DNA from: Chloroflexota bacterium
GTDB lineage: Bacteria > Chloroflexota > UBA11872
Length of the DNA: 64,000 nt
Assembly: GCA_028874175.1 (NCBI GenBank)
Contig: JAPPLN010000087.1
Coordinates: 6,977-70,976 of the forward strand
Reading direction: 5' to 3'
The position numbers and the translations under genes were made by a program. The stretch's first letter is position 1; each line of letters begins with the position of its first letter. Of the stretch, positions 49,914-59,019 are shown piece by piece. The notes under the pieces were generated by a model that saw only the letters and a program-made list of their open reading frames with translations, was not told the origin of the DNA and made no database searches.

Positions 49914-50485
49914 GCGCCGTTCGCCTTGTCCACGTCGGCCCAGAAGTCGTCCGGGTCAAGCTGTCCGACGAGGTCGTTGCGGTGGGCGTCCTCGGGGAAC
50001 GTCGGGCCTTCCACGGGGTATTCCTTGCGAAGCGGGTGGCCCTCATAGCCCTCGGGCAGCAGGATGCGCTTCAGGTTGGGATGTCCGGTGAAACCAATCC
50101 CAAATAGGTCGAACACCTCGCGCTCCAGGTATAAGGCGGAGGCGTAGGTGCTCGTCGCCGAGGCGACGGACGCACCATCCGCGAGGCGGGCGGTCACGCG
50201 AGCAAAGAGGTTGTTCGTGAGCGACCGGAACTGCCACACGACTTGGAATTCCCTGCCCATGTCGAGCGGCCAGTGCACCGCTGTCACATCGACGAGTTGT
50301 TCAAGCCGTAGCTCGTGGTCGTCGCGCAAGGCCGGAAACAGGTCTGGCAGCGCTTCGGGCGAGACTTCGGCCACCGGATCGCCGTGGTCAACGCGCCCGT
50401 TCAGGTAGGCCGCGCCAGCGTGCTGCTGGATGCGTTCAAGGATGGCTTCGGGCATCAGGGTCGGCGAGGCGGCGGGCACCAGCAC
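49910..50485 (-). CDS. nuoC: NADH-quinone oxidoreductase subunit C (30-kDa subunit)
   Basis: ERE.FD.FGI.F.GHP motif ([16 protein letters not shown]). Confidence 0.9.
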   Translation of the reverse strand: MLVPAASPTLMPEAILERIQQHAGAAYLNGRVDHGDPVAEVSPEALPDLFPALRDDHELRLEQLVDVTAVHWPLDMGREFQVVWQFRSLTNNLFARVTARLADGASVASATSTYASALYLEREVFDLFGIGFTGHPNLKRILLPEGYEGHPLRKEYPVEGPTFPEDAHRNDLVGQLDPDDFWADVDKANGA

Positions 50486-50488
50486 GGG

Positions 50489-50851
50489 CTAGCGGTTCCA
50501 GTCCAGGGCGCCCTTGCGCCACTCATACACGAACGCCACGGCCAGAATGAGAATGAAGACGACACCGGCAAGAAACAAGGACACCTGGTCATCGATCATG
50601 TTGAAGTAGAGCGCCCACGGATAGAAAAAGAGCAGCTCGACGTCAAAGATCAGAAACGTAACGGCGACCAGGTAAAAGCGGATGTTGTGTCGGCCACGCG
50701 CGTCGCCGATCGGGGGCATGCCCGACTCGTAGGCCTCGACCTTGGCGGCGAACTTGCGGCGCGGCTTGAGCAGGAGAGTGCCCACGAGGCTTCCGACCGC
50801 AAAAAGAAATGCGACTGCCATCAGGATGACAATCGCTACCCAGCTAGGCAT
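50489..50851 (-). CDS. nuoA: NADH-quinone oxidoreductase subunit A
   Basis: 120-aa three-helix subunit with a highly typical sequence (YESGMPPIGDAR...FDVELLFFYPWA). Confidence 0.9.
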   Translation of the reverse strand: MPSWVAIVILMAVAFLFAVGSLVGTLLLKPRRKFAAKVEAYESGMPPIGDARGRHNIRFYLVAVTFLIFDVELLFFYPWALYFNMIDDQVSLFLAGVVFILILAVAFVYEWRKGALDWNR

Positions 50852-50890
50852 CGTTGCGCTTCGCCTGTCCCCTGGCCGTGGGTGGTTGCG

Positions 50891-50908
50891 TTGTGATCAT
50901 TTTCACAA
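50891..50908. promoter_or_regulatory. Rex operator (TTGTGATCATTTTCACAA) in the rex-nuoA intergenic region
   Basis: One mismatch to the TTGTGAA-N4-TTCACAA Rex consensus. Located ~40-57 nt upstream of the nuoA start, next to rex. Confidence 0.75.
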
Positions 50909-50973
50909 ACTCCGCGCATGATACGCGCCAATGGTGCTGCTTGCGAACCGGTGGCCTCGCGCAAGGGTGAAAA

Positions 50974-51615
50974 TCACTCGCCCAGGGAGTAGGAGAGGTA
51001 CTCCACTTCCACCGCCAGGTCCACGTTGGAAAGCTGTACGTGCGCCGGTACGCGCAACTGGGTGGGCGCGAAGTTGAGGATGGCGCGCACTCCGGCTACC
51101 ACGGCTTGGTCAACCACCTTCTGTGCGGCACGGGCGGGCACGGTCACAATGACCATGTCGATCCGGTCCGCACGAACCGCATGTGCGAGGTCGCCGGCCG
51201 AAAGGACCCGGGTGCCATTGACCGTCGAGCCGATCACGGCAGCGTCGTTGTCAAAGGCTGCTACGACATCAAAGCCTTGGTTGTTGAAGCCTGGATAGGC
51301 CATCAGCGCGCGGCCCAGGTTCCCAACGCCGACGAGGCCGATGCGCCAGCCACGGTCGATTCCGAGGATCGATGCCAAGTGCCGCCGAAGCGCAGGAACG
51401 GCGTAGCCGACACCTCGCTTGCCAAACGACCCGAAATACGCGAGATCGCGCCGAACCTGGGCTGCCGTGAATCCGGTCAAGACGGCAAGCGTTTCCGACG
51501 AAACGTTCGCCTGCCCTTCCGACTGGACAGCGCCCAGCACGCGGTAGTAGGTGGACAATCGCCGAACGGTGGTCGGCGGTACAGGGCGGTTTTCGTTCGG
51601 GTGGTCCATCCACAT
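50974..51615 (-). CDS. rex: Redox-sensing transcriptional repressor Rex
   Basis: Winged-helix N-terminus (TVRRLSTYYRVL) plus Rossmann NADH-binding domain (GLVGVGNLGRAL). The track ORF has a 50-aa N-terminal extension; start at MWMDHPNE. Confidence 0.85.
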   Translation of the reverse strand: MWMDHPNENRPVPPTTVRRLSTYYRVLGAVQSEGQANVSSETLAVLTGFTAAQVRRDLAYFGSFGKRGVGYAVPALRRHLASILGIDRGWRIGLVGVGNLGRALMAYPGFNNQGFDVVAAFDNDAAVIGSTVNGTRVLSAGDLAHAVRADRIDMVIVTVPARAAQKVVDQAVVAGVRAILNFAPTQLRVPAHVQLSNVDLAVEVEYLSYSLGE

Positions 51616-51782
51616 CGCGGCCAGCGCGAACAAGCCTATTCTCGCAGCCCAAATGGAATGCGACCTAGGTGGTGAATGACGATTGACGAAGTTGACGCGG
51701 GCGGGCCTGTGCCTATGCTCGCGAGCTACTCCCAAGAGACCATGCATCCGGTGCCAGACCGACATCAGGCGGGCGGCGGCCA

Positions 51783-53756
51783 GTGAACGGAATCCGCGTT
51801 GGTGTGGATGTCGGCGGCACGTTCACTGACTTCACCGTCGCTGCCGATGACGGACTGCACGTTTTTAAGGTCTCCAGCACGCCGCACGACCCGGCTGAGG
51901 CTGTGCTTAAGGGCTTGCGGCGCGCTGGAATCGGGGCTGATGGAACAGTAGTGCACGGCTCAACCGTGGCGACAAACGCGGTACTCGAGCGCAAGGGCGC
52001 GCGTACGGCATTGGTCACGACGGCCGGGTTCCGCGATGTGCTGGAGATTGCACGCCAGAACCGTCCCGCGCTCTACGACATTGAACCGCGCAAGCCGTCC
52101 CCGCTGATTGAGCGAGAGCTTCGACTGGAGGTCGATGAACGCGTGGGAGCGGACGGCACCGTTCGCCGACCATTGAGTCGCGCGTCGCTTGAACGCCTTA
52201 CCGAAGCGGTGCGCCAGCTCAAGCCGGAAGCCGCCGCGGTATGTCTGCTCTTCAGCTTTCTGCGGCCGTCGCACGAGCGCTCGGTGCGTGCCGCCCTGCG
52301 CCGCGCGGGCCTGCGCTGGGTCTCCATTTCTTCAGAAGTGCTGCCCGAACATCGTGAGTACGAGCGCACGAGTACAACCGTGGTTGATGCCTACGTGGCG
52401 CCCGTGATGGGCCGGTACATCCGACGACTGGAACGCGCGGCCCCCGGGCAACTGTGGATCGTCCAGTCCAGTGGCGGGGTCCTGCGATCGTCAGAGGCCG
52501 CGGCGGCACCGGTCCAGTCGGTGCTCAGCGGTCCGGCCGCGGGAGTAGTTGGCGCGCGCGCCGTGGCCGCCGCGTCAGGATTCGATCGGATCGTGACCCT
52601 GGACATGGGCGGCACGTCCACTGACGTAGCGATCTGCCCAGGCGAACCGCTGCGTCGAACTGACGCGACAGTTGGCGGACTCCCGGTCGCGATTCCCATG
52701 ACAGACATCCATACCGTGGGGGCTGGCGGTGGATCGATCGCGGCTCGCGACGAGGCCGGCGGGCTGCGCGTCGGTCCGCGCAGCGCTGGCGCGCAGCCGG
52801 GTCCTGCCGCCTACGGCCGTGGCGGTGTGGAGCCTACGGTGACCGACGCCAATGTGGTGCTGGGCCGGTTGGTCTCCGACGCCACGCTGGCGGACGATGT
52901 GGCGCTGGACGCCGCTGCGGCCGCATCGGCGGTCGACCGGCTTACGCCCGCCAGCAATCATTCGACGGAGACGCGCCTCCGAGCTGCAGCCGGCGTGGTT
53001 GCGGTGGCCGATGCGCACATGGAGCGGGCGCTGCGCGTGATCACGCTGGAGCGCGGCTACGACCCCCGCGACTTTACGCTGGTTGCGTTTGGCGGCGCCG
53101 GTCCGCTGCACGGCTGCTCGCTGGCCGAGCGTCTGGAGGTAGACCGTGTGCTGGTGCCGCGATATCCAGGGGTTCTGTCCGCGCTCGGCGCGCTTAGCGG
53201 GGCGCATGTGCGCGAGTATTCGACGACCGTGCTGCGGCCGGCGACCGCCCGGAGCGTGCGAGCCCTGGCTACGGCCTTCAAGCGGCTGGAACGCAACGCG
53301 AGGCGCGACTTTGTCGGCGTGGGTCGTCCCCGGTTGCGCCGGATGCTGGACCTTCGGTACATCGGGCAGTCGTACGAACTAACCGTGCCGTTACGGGGCC
53401 AGAACCTTCCCGGCGCCGTTCGCGCCTTTCACCGGCGACACTACGAACGCTATGCGCACAGCCGGCCGGAGGCTGCCGTCGAAGTTGTGGTCGCGCGCTT
53501 GCTCGCGTCCGTTGAGCAGCCGCCATTGCCTGAGGTGCAGGCGCCGGTGGGCGGACGTCCCTCGTCGCGGAGCACGCCGGTTGCAGTCGACGGCGAATTC
53601 CAGCCCGCCCGCATTTTTAGGCGGATCGAGCTGCCGGTTGGCTTTCGGGCTCGCGGCCCGCTGCTCGTGGTGCAGGACGACGCCACGACCTGGGCGCCAC
53701 CCGGTTGGCGGATGGAGGTGGACCAGCGGGGGGCGCTGGTATTGGAGCGAAACTAA
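51783..53756 (+). CDS. Hydantoinase A / 5-oxoprolinase A family (ASKHA ATPase, HyuA-like), no adjacent HyuB partner
   Basis: IRVGVDVGGTFTDF start, LDMGGTSTDVA second ATP-binding motif, and a C-terminal hydantoinase-A domain. Confidence 0.75.
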   Translation: MNGIRVGVDVGGTFTDFTVAADDGLHVFKVSSTPHDPAEAVLKGLRRAGIGADGTVVHGSTVATNAVLERKGARTALVTTAGFRDVLEIARQNRPALYDIEPRKPSPLIERELRLEVDERVGADGTVRRPLSRASLERLTEAVRQLKPEAAAVCLLFSFLRPSHERSVRAALRRAGLRWVSISSEVLPEHREYERTSTTVVDAYVAPVMGRYIRRLERAAPGQLWIVQSSGGVLRSSEAAAAPVQSVLSGPAAGVVGARAVAAASGFDRIVTLDMGGTSTDVAICPGEPLRRTDATVGGLPVAIPMTDIHTVGAGGGSIAARDEAGGLRVGPRSAGAQPGPAAYGRGGVEPTVTDANVVLGRLVSDATLADDVALDAAAAASAVDRLTPASNHSTETRLRAAAGVVAVADAHMERALRVITLERGYDPRDFTLVAFGGAGPLHGCSLAERLEVDRVLVPRYPGVLSALGALSGAHVREYSTTVLRPATARSVRALATAFKRLERNARRDFVGVGRPRLRRMLDLRYIGQSYELTVPLRGQNLPGAVRAFHRRHYERYAHSRPEAAVEVVVARLLASVEQPPLPEVQAPVGGRPSSRSTPVAVDGEFQPARIFRRIELPVGFRARGPLLVVQDDATTWAPPGWRMEVDQRGALVLERN

Positions 53757-53823
53757 CCTTCCGGGTCGACGATCGACAGTAAGCTGCCGGAGGCTTCCGC
53801 GTGCTTTTCTGCCCTAAAGGCGC

Positions 53824-54744
53824 ATGTCGACACCGGTAATTCAAGTTCGCGACCTTCGCAAGGCCTATGGCGATTTGCAGGCGGTGGCGGGCGTTTCGTT
53901 CGAGGTGGCCGAAGGCGAAGTCTTCGGGATGCTTGGACCGAATGGGGCCGGCAAAACCACCTCCGTCGAGATTCTCGAAGGCCTGCGGATCCGGGATAGC
54001 GGCGACGTCAGCGTCCTTGGCATGGACCCGGCGACGTCCGGGCGCAACTTCAAGCGGCTGGTCGGAGTGCAGCTACAGCAGGTGGCGCTTTATCCACGTC
54101 TGCGCGTCCATGAAGTCATCAGCCTCTTTGGATCCTTCTATGAGCAGCGGGCCAATACCGACGACCTCATCGCGCTGATGGGGCTGGAGGATCGGCGCAA
54201 CGCCCGCATCGCCGAACTCTCCGGCGGTCAGGCGCAGCGCCTGTCCGTGGCGCTGGCCGTGGTGAACATGCCGCGGTTGGTCTTCTTGGACGAACCGTCG
54301 ACGGGTATGGATCCACAGGCGCGACGAAATCTCTGGGACATCATCGAAGGGTTCAAGGCCAAAGGGATGACCGTGGTGCTAACCACGCACTACATGGAGG
54401 AGGCCGAACGGCTGTGCGACCGGGTAGCCGTGATGGATCACGGCCGGATCATCGCGCTCGACAGTCCCAGCGCCCTCGTACGTGAGAATTTCGCCGAAGA
54501 CGCCATCGAGTTCGTGTCGAACGACGGACTTTCGGAACACGACTTGGGCGAACTGGCCGGGGTAACCAGTGCAGCTTCCCAGGGGTCCGCCCACAGCATC
54601 TTCAGCAGCGACATCCCACGCACCATGGGTAGCCTGCTCGATCTTGCTCAGGAGCGCGGAGCTCCGCTGGAGGGCATGCGCGTACGCCACGCCACGCTCG
54701 AGGACGTGTTCCTTAAGCTCACCGGACGGACGCTCAGAGATTGA
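53824..54744 (+). CDS. ABC transporter ATP-binding protein (ABC-2/DrrA-like)
   Basis: GPNGAGKTT Walker A, LSGGQAQRLSVA signature, VFLDEPSTGMD Walker B. Confidence 0.85.
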   Translation: MSTPVIQVRDLRKAYGDLQAVAGVSFEVAEGEVFGMLGPNGAGKTTSVEILEGLRIRDSGDVSVLGMDPATSGRNFKRLVGVQLQQVALYPRLRVHEVISLFGSFYEQRANTDDLIALMGLEDRRNARIAELSGGQAQRLSVALAVVNMPRLVFLDEPSTGMDPQARRNLWDIIEGFKAKGMTVVLTTHYMEEAERLCDRVAVMDHGRIIALDSPSALVRENFAEDAIEFVSNDGLSEHDLGELAGVTSAASQGSAHSIFSSDIPRTMGSLLDLAQERGAPLEGMRVRHATLEDVFLKLTGRTLRD

Positions 54745-55829
54745 ACGCGTTTCTGCCGCTGTTCCGAACGAACTACCGCGACTTCGTGCGCGACCGCACA
54801 GCGCTGTTTTGGACCCTCGCCTTCCCGGTCCTGTTCATAGGAATCTTCGGAATCGTGCTGGGCCGCGGCGACGATGGCGCCAGTTACGAGGTTGGCCTGG
54901 TCGTCGAAGACGGGTCGCCTGCGGCCATAGCCCTGGGTGACGTGCTGGACGGGTTCGAGGCCTTGGAAGTTACGCGGGGCGAACGCGACATCGAAATCGC
55001 GGCTCTCGCGGACGGCGATCGGCGCGCGGTGGTTGTCGTTCCTCAGGGTTTTGGAGCGTCAATTGCCTCGGAAACTCCGTTGCCGCTGCAAGTCCACTTC
55101 GACCCGTCGCAGCAAACCACCCAGCAAGTCGTGATTCCCGTGCTGCTGCGCGCGTTTGAAGTCGCCGACCGCGCTCTGACACAGACGCGGCCGGTCGTGA
55201 CGGCCGAATTTCAGACGCTTCAGTCGGAACGACTGCAGGTGATCGACTTCATCATGCCCGGCCTTATCGCCATGAGCGTGATGAACGGCGGCGTGTTCGG
55301 CGCCATAGCAATGGTTTCGCTGCGGGAGCGACGCGTGCTGCGGCGGCTGTCGGCGACGCCGTTGCCTGCCTGGGCGCTTGTCGGAGCGGACGTCACCTTC
55401 CGAATGGTTGTCGTGCTCTTGCAGACGGTCCTGCTGGTCATACTGGCCGTGCTGATTGGCGGCGTTTCGGTCAAGGTCGAGAACCTTCCGGCCTTGGCGG
55501 GCGTCGCGGTGCTGGGCGGGCTGGCCTTTGTGGCTATCGGGTTTTTCCTGGGCGCCTTTGCCAAGACCGAGCAAGGCTTCTTCCCGATTGCGCAGGTGGT
55601 CACGTTTCCCATGCTCTTCTTGTCAGGCATCTTCTTCCCGCTCGACAGCATGCCGGACTGGATTCGACCGGTAGTCAGCGCCATGCCCCTGACCTACCTC
55701 GGAGACGCGATGCGGCAACTCATGGTTGGCGGGGCTCCGGTGCACTCGATGGCGCTCAACCTGGGTGTGCTGGCGGCCTTCTTGGTCGTTTTCTTCGGTC
55801 TGGCCGTTCGGCTCTTCAAGTACGAGTAG
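54741..55829 (+). CDS. ABC-2 type transporter permease
   Basis: Six-TM ABC-2 family permease, overlapping the ATPase gene by 4 nt. Confidence 0.75.
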   Translation: MNAFLPLFRTNYRDFVRDRTALFWTLAFPVLFIGIFGIVLGRGDDGASYEVGLVVEDGSPAAIALGDVLDGFEALEVTRGERDIEIAALADGDRRAVVVVPQGFGASIASETPLPLQVHFDPSQQTTQQVVIPVLLRAFEVADRALTQTRPVVTAEFQTLQSERLQVIDFIMPGLIAMSVMNGGVFGAIAMVSLRERRVLRRLSATPLPAWALVGADVTFRMVVVLLQTVLLVILAVLIGGVSVKVENLPALAGVAVLGGLAFVAIGFFLGAFAKTEQGFFPIAQVVTFPMLFLSGIFFPLDSMPDWIRPVVSAMPLTYLGDAMRQLMVGGAPVHSMALNLGVLAAFLVVFFGLAVRLFKYE

Positions 55830-55842
55830 AGACGGGGCTTCC

Positions 55843-56688
55843 TTAGACGCCGACGGCGTGGCGCAGGGCGCGAACCTCGCGTAGCAGACCTGCCGGGTTG
55901 AGACCGACGGTGTCAATCATGTGCACGGTTCCGGGATTGCGTCCGATCGTGCGCATGACTTTGCCCAGGTCCAGTCCGCGTTCAAGGCCAACGTGCAGGG
56001 GCATGTTTGGTTCGCGCCCGGGTGCTGTGTTGTGCCAGCGAATCTCCGCCATACGGTCAGCGAAGCGCGCCATGTAATCAAGCCGCGCTTCGAATGCCAA
56101 GCGATCGCCGTTCACCGCGTGAAAGGCCCGACCAGTGTGAAGGGCGAACCGAACCGTGCTGGTGGCGTCGAGCATCGCTAACACGCTGTCCAAGGCGTTG
56201 AGCACCGCGCCGTCTCCGGCGTTTTGCACGGCGATGGGCAAGCCCGGAAACAGGTCGTGAATGGTTCGGAAGCTCTCGCGCAGCACGTCGATGTGCTGCG
56301 CGTCGGCCGTCATTCGGCGCCCCGGATGCGCGACGTACATCTCCATGGCATGCCGCTGTTCGAAGAACTCGATGATCTGTACGAACTGTCGAAGAGCAAT
56401 GCTGCGGTCGGTGGTACTCGGGTCCGTCAGCGACGGCCAGCGGCGAGTTGGCGCGTCGCGAAACACGTTGAGGTGAAAGCGCATCGGAGCGGCGTCAAGA
56501 ATCTCGATGAAGTCGGCATCGAAGAATGTGCGCAATCCCAACTCGTACATGTACGTATCGAGATTCAACTCGACGACCTGGAATTCAAGACGAACGGCGA
56601 CGTCGACGATCTCCCGCAGCTGGGTTAGGAGCCGGCGGCGGTCGTGGGGAACGATGCGAGGGTTGAATCCCAGCCTCAGTGGCGGCAT
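55843..56688 (-). CDS. TIM-barrel protein (xylose isomerase-like / sugar phosphate isomerase-epimerase family), low-confidence assignment
   Basis: Weak family-level pattern only; coding-like composition. Confidence 0.4.
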   Translation of the reverse strand: MPPLRLGFNPRIVPHDRRRLLTQLREIVDVAVRLEFQVVELNLDTYMYELGLRTFFDADFIEILDAAPMRFHLNVFRDAPTRRWPSLTDPSTTDRSIALRQFVQIIEFFEQRHAMEMYVAHPGRRMTADAQHIDVLRESFRTIHDLFPGLPIAVQNAGDGAVLNALDSVLAMLDATSTVRFALHTGRAFHAVNGDRLAFEARLDYMARFADRMAEIRWHNTAPGREPNMPLHVGLERGLDLGKVMRTIGRNPGTVHMIDTVGLNPAGLLREVRALRHAVGV

Positions 56689-56770
56689 CAGTCAGGCAAG
56701 CGTCGGGCAGGTCTGCGCAGTAGGTGTACGAGGGCGGAGGCCTCCGCAGGGCAGGACGCGCCAATCCCGA

Positions 56771-57688
56771 TCAAGGCTCCCACAGCCCCGACGATATGTA
56801 CCGGTCACCGCCGTCGGGCAACACGGTGACCACGCAGGCACGCGGTTCCCGCAGAAGAATCTGGCGCACGGCATACAGGTAGGCGCCTGATGACTGCCCC
56901 GCGAAGATCCCCGCGCGCGCTAGCTCAAACGACAAATCTCCGGCGGCGTCAATGTCAATCTCAACCCAGGAGTCCACAACCGACCGGTCCAGAATTGCAG
57001 GCTCGATGTGTCCCTTACCCAGTGGTTTGAGCCCCTCGACTCCCGGAAACACGGGCGGCAGGGCTCCCACGATCTCAACGTCAGGTCGTTCTTCGCGCAG
57101 CCGTCGGCCCACGCCGGTCATCGTGCCGCCAGTGCCGACGCCGCTGACAAAGTGCGTAAAGTCCTCCGGCGCCTGCGCCAGGATCTCGACGGCCGTGCCT
57201 TCGTAGTGCGCCAGCCAGTTCGAGTCGTTGCTGTACTGATCCGAGAAAAAGTAGCGGGCGGAGTCAGCTTCGAACCGACGCTGAACCTCACGCAGCGCCT
57301 CGTCGTAGCCGAGGATGGCGTCCGTAATCACGAGGTGGGCGCCGTGGGCGGTGAGGCGTCGACGCCGTTCCTGGCTGGCGTTCGCTGGGATCACGATCTC
57401 GACCGGAATCCCCAGCGCCGCCCCAAACATGGCGTAGGCAATCCCGGCGTTGCCTGAGGACGAATCCAGGATTGTCTGCCCGGATCCCAGCTTCCCGCCG
57501 GCTACCGCGTCCAGCAGCATTCGAGCCACCGGGCGGTCCTTGATCGACCCGCCCGGGTTCATGGATTCAAGCTTGGCGAGAACCATGGCCTCGGGGAACT
57601 CGGCGCGAAAGATCGCGATTTCGACCATCGGCGTATCGCCGACGAGATCGAAGAGCGGATGCGCCCGAGCGGCGTCGGTTAGGGCCAT
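56771..57688 (-). CDS. Cysteine synthase family PLP enzyme (CysK/CysM-like)
   Basis: PLP-Lys in NPGGSIKDR, SSGNAG loop, GTGGTMTG glycine-rich loop. Its start overlaps the serS stop by 10 nt. Confidence 0.8.
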   Translation of the reverse strand: MALTDAARAHPLFDLVGDTPMVEIAIFRAEFPEAMVLAKLESMNPGGSIKDRPVARMLLDAVAGGKLGSGQTILDSSSGNAGIAYAMFGAALGIPVEIVIPANASQERRRRLTAHGAHLVITDAILGYDEALREVQRRFEADSARYFFSDQYSNDSNWLAHYEGTAVEILAQAPEDFTHFVSGVGTGGTMTGVGRRLREERPDVEIVGALPPVFPGVEGLKPLGKGHIEPAILDRSVVDSWVEIDIDAAGDLSFELARAGIFAGQSSGAYLYAVRQILLREPRACVVTVLPDGGDRYISSGLWEP

Positions 57689-58959
57689 TGAGGTTCTGTC
57701 TCGATCCGCGCGCGGCCGCTCATGTAGGGCTGGAGCACCGGTGGAATGGCGACACTACCGTCCTCCTGGATCCCGTTTTCCAGCAGAGCAACGAACGTGC
57801 GCGGTAAGCCCAGGGCCGTGCCATTGAGCGAGTGCGCGTATTCCGTTCGTGCGGAGCCCGGCCTGCGCATGCGGACACCGGCTCGCCGAGTCTGAAATGC
57901 CTCGCAGTTCGATACCGACGACACTTCCAGCCACTCCCCGGCCCCCGGTGACCAGACTTCCAGGTCGTACTGCTTGGCTGCGGCAAAGCCCAGGTCGCCG
58001 GTCGGCACCTCGCGGACGCGATAGGTCAGTCCCAGGCGCCGGATCACTGCCTCCGCCTCGCTTCGCATGCGTTCAAGCGCGCTGTATGAGTCTTCGGGCG
58101 CGGTCACGTTGAACAACTCAATCTTGTCAAACTGGCGTACTCGGCGCAGCCCCCGCGTCTCGACGCCCGCCGCGCCAGCCTCGCGCCGGAATGCCGCAGC
58201 GTACGCCACGTACCTGGCGGGGAGCATTGCCGCGTCCAGCGTTTCGCCCGCGTGGTACTCGGACAGGGCGACTTCGGCAGTTGGGCTGAGCCACTGGCGG
58301 CCGTTGTCGACCGCGTAGGAGTCGTCCGCAAACTTTGGCAACTTGGCGGCATTTGCCATTGCCGACGCTGCGACGAGCGCGGGAAGGTACATCTCGCGAT
58401 AGCCGTGCTCCTGGACCTGAAAGTCCAACATCCACTGAAGGAGGGCACGCTGAAGTTGGGCCCCTGCGCCTCGGAAGATCCAGAACCCGGATCCGGCCAC
58501 CTTAGACGCTCGAGCGAAGTCGAGAATGCCGAGATTCCTGGCAATCTCGTCGTGCGGCGGCGTTCGGCTGTCTGGACTCGGAGTGCCGCTGCAATAGTGC
58601 ACCAGGCCGGGGTGATCCGCGTCTCCGGCTGGCGCGGATGCGTGGGGGAGCATGGGGATCTCGAGCAGCAGCCGATCAACCTCTTGCTGAATCCGGTCCA
58701 GTTCGGGTTCCTGGTCCCCTAGCTCGGACGTAAGTTGGCGAGTCCGAGCGATAAGGGCCTCGCGCTCGGCGCCGGACGCGCTGCCGATGCCCCGCGATAC
58801 CTGCTTGCGTGCGGCACGAAGACCTTCGACCTTGGTCAAAAGTCGGCGTCGCTGGCTGTCAAGGCTCAGCAATTCATCCAGCGGTATCTCGTCGCCGCGC
58901 GTGGCCAGGCGTTCGCGCACCAGCGCCTCGTGCTCGCGAATGAATCTCAAGGGCAGCAT
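57679..58959 (-). CDS. serS: Seryl-tRNA synthetase
   Basis: N-terminal coiled coil plus class II core motifs (FRREAG..., GLPRTFVALLEN). Confidence 0.9.
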   Translation of the reverse strand: MLPLRFIREHEALVRERLATRGDEIPLDELLSLDSQRRRLLTKVEGLRAARKQVSRGIGSASGAEREALIARTRQLTSELGDQEPELDRIQQEVDRLLLEIPMLPHASAPAGDADHPGLVHYCSGTPSPDSRTPPHDEIARNLGILDFARASKVAGSGFWIFRGAGAQLQRALLQWMLDFQVQEHGYREMYLPALVAASAMANAAKLPKFADDSYAVDNGRQWLSPTAEVALSEYHAGETLDAAMLPARYVAYAAAFRREAGAAGVETRGLRRVRQFDKIELFNVTAPEDSYSALERMRSEAEAVIRRLGLTYRVREVPTGDLGFAAAKQYDLEVWSPGAGEWLEVSSVSNCEAFQTRRAGVRMRRPGSARTEYAHSLNGTALGLPRTFVALLENGIQEDGSVAIPPVLQPYMSGRARIETEPQWP

Positions 58960-59019
58960 CAGGTTGCCAGGGACGTGTGGGCGCGCCGCGGTCAGCGCGG
59001 AGTGCGGGTGGCGTTAATT

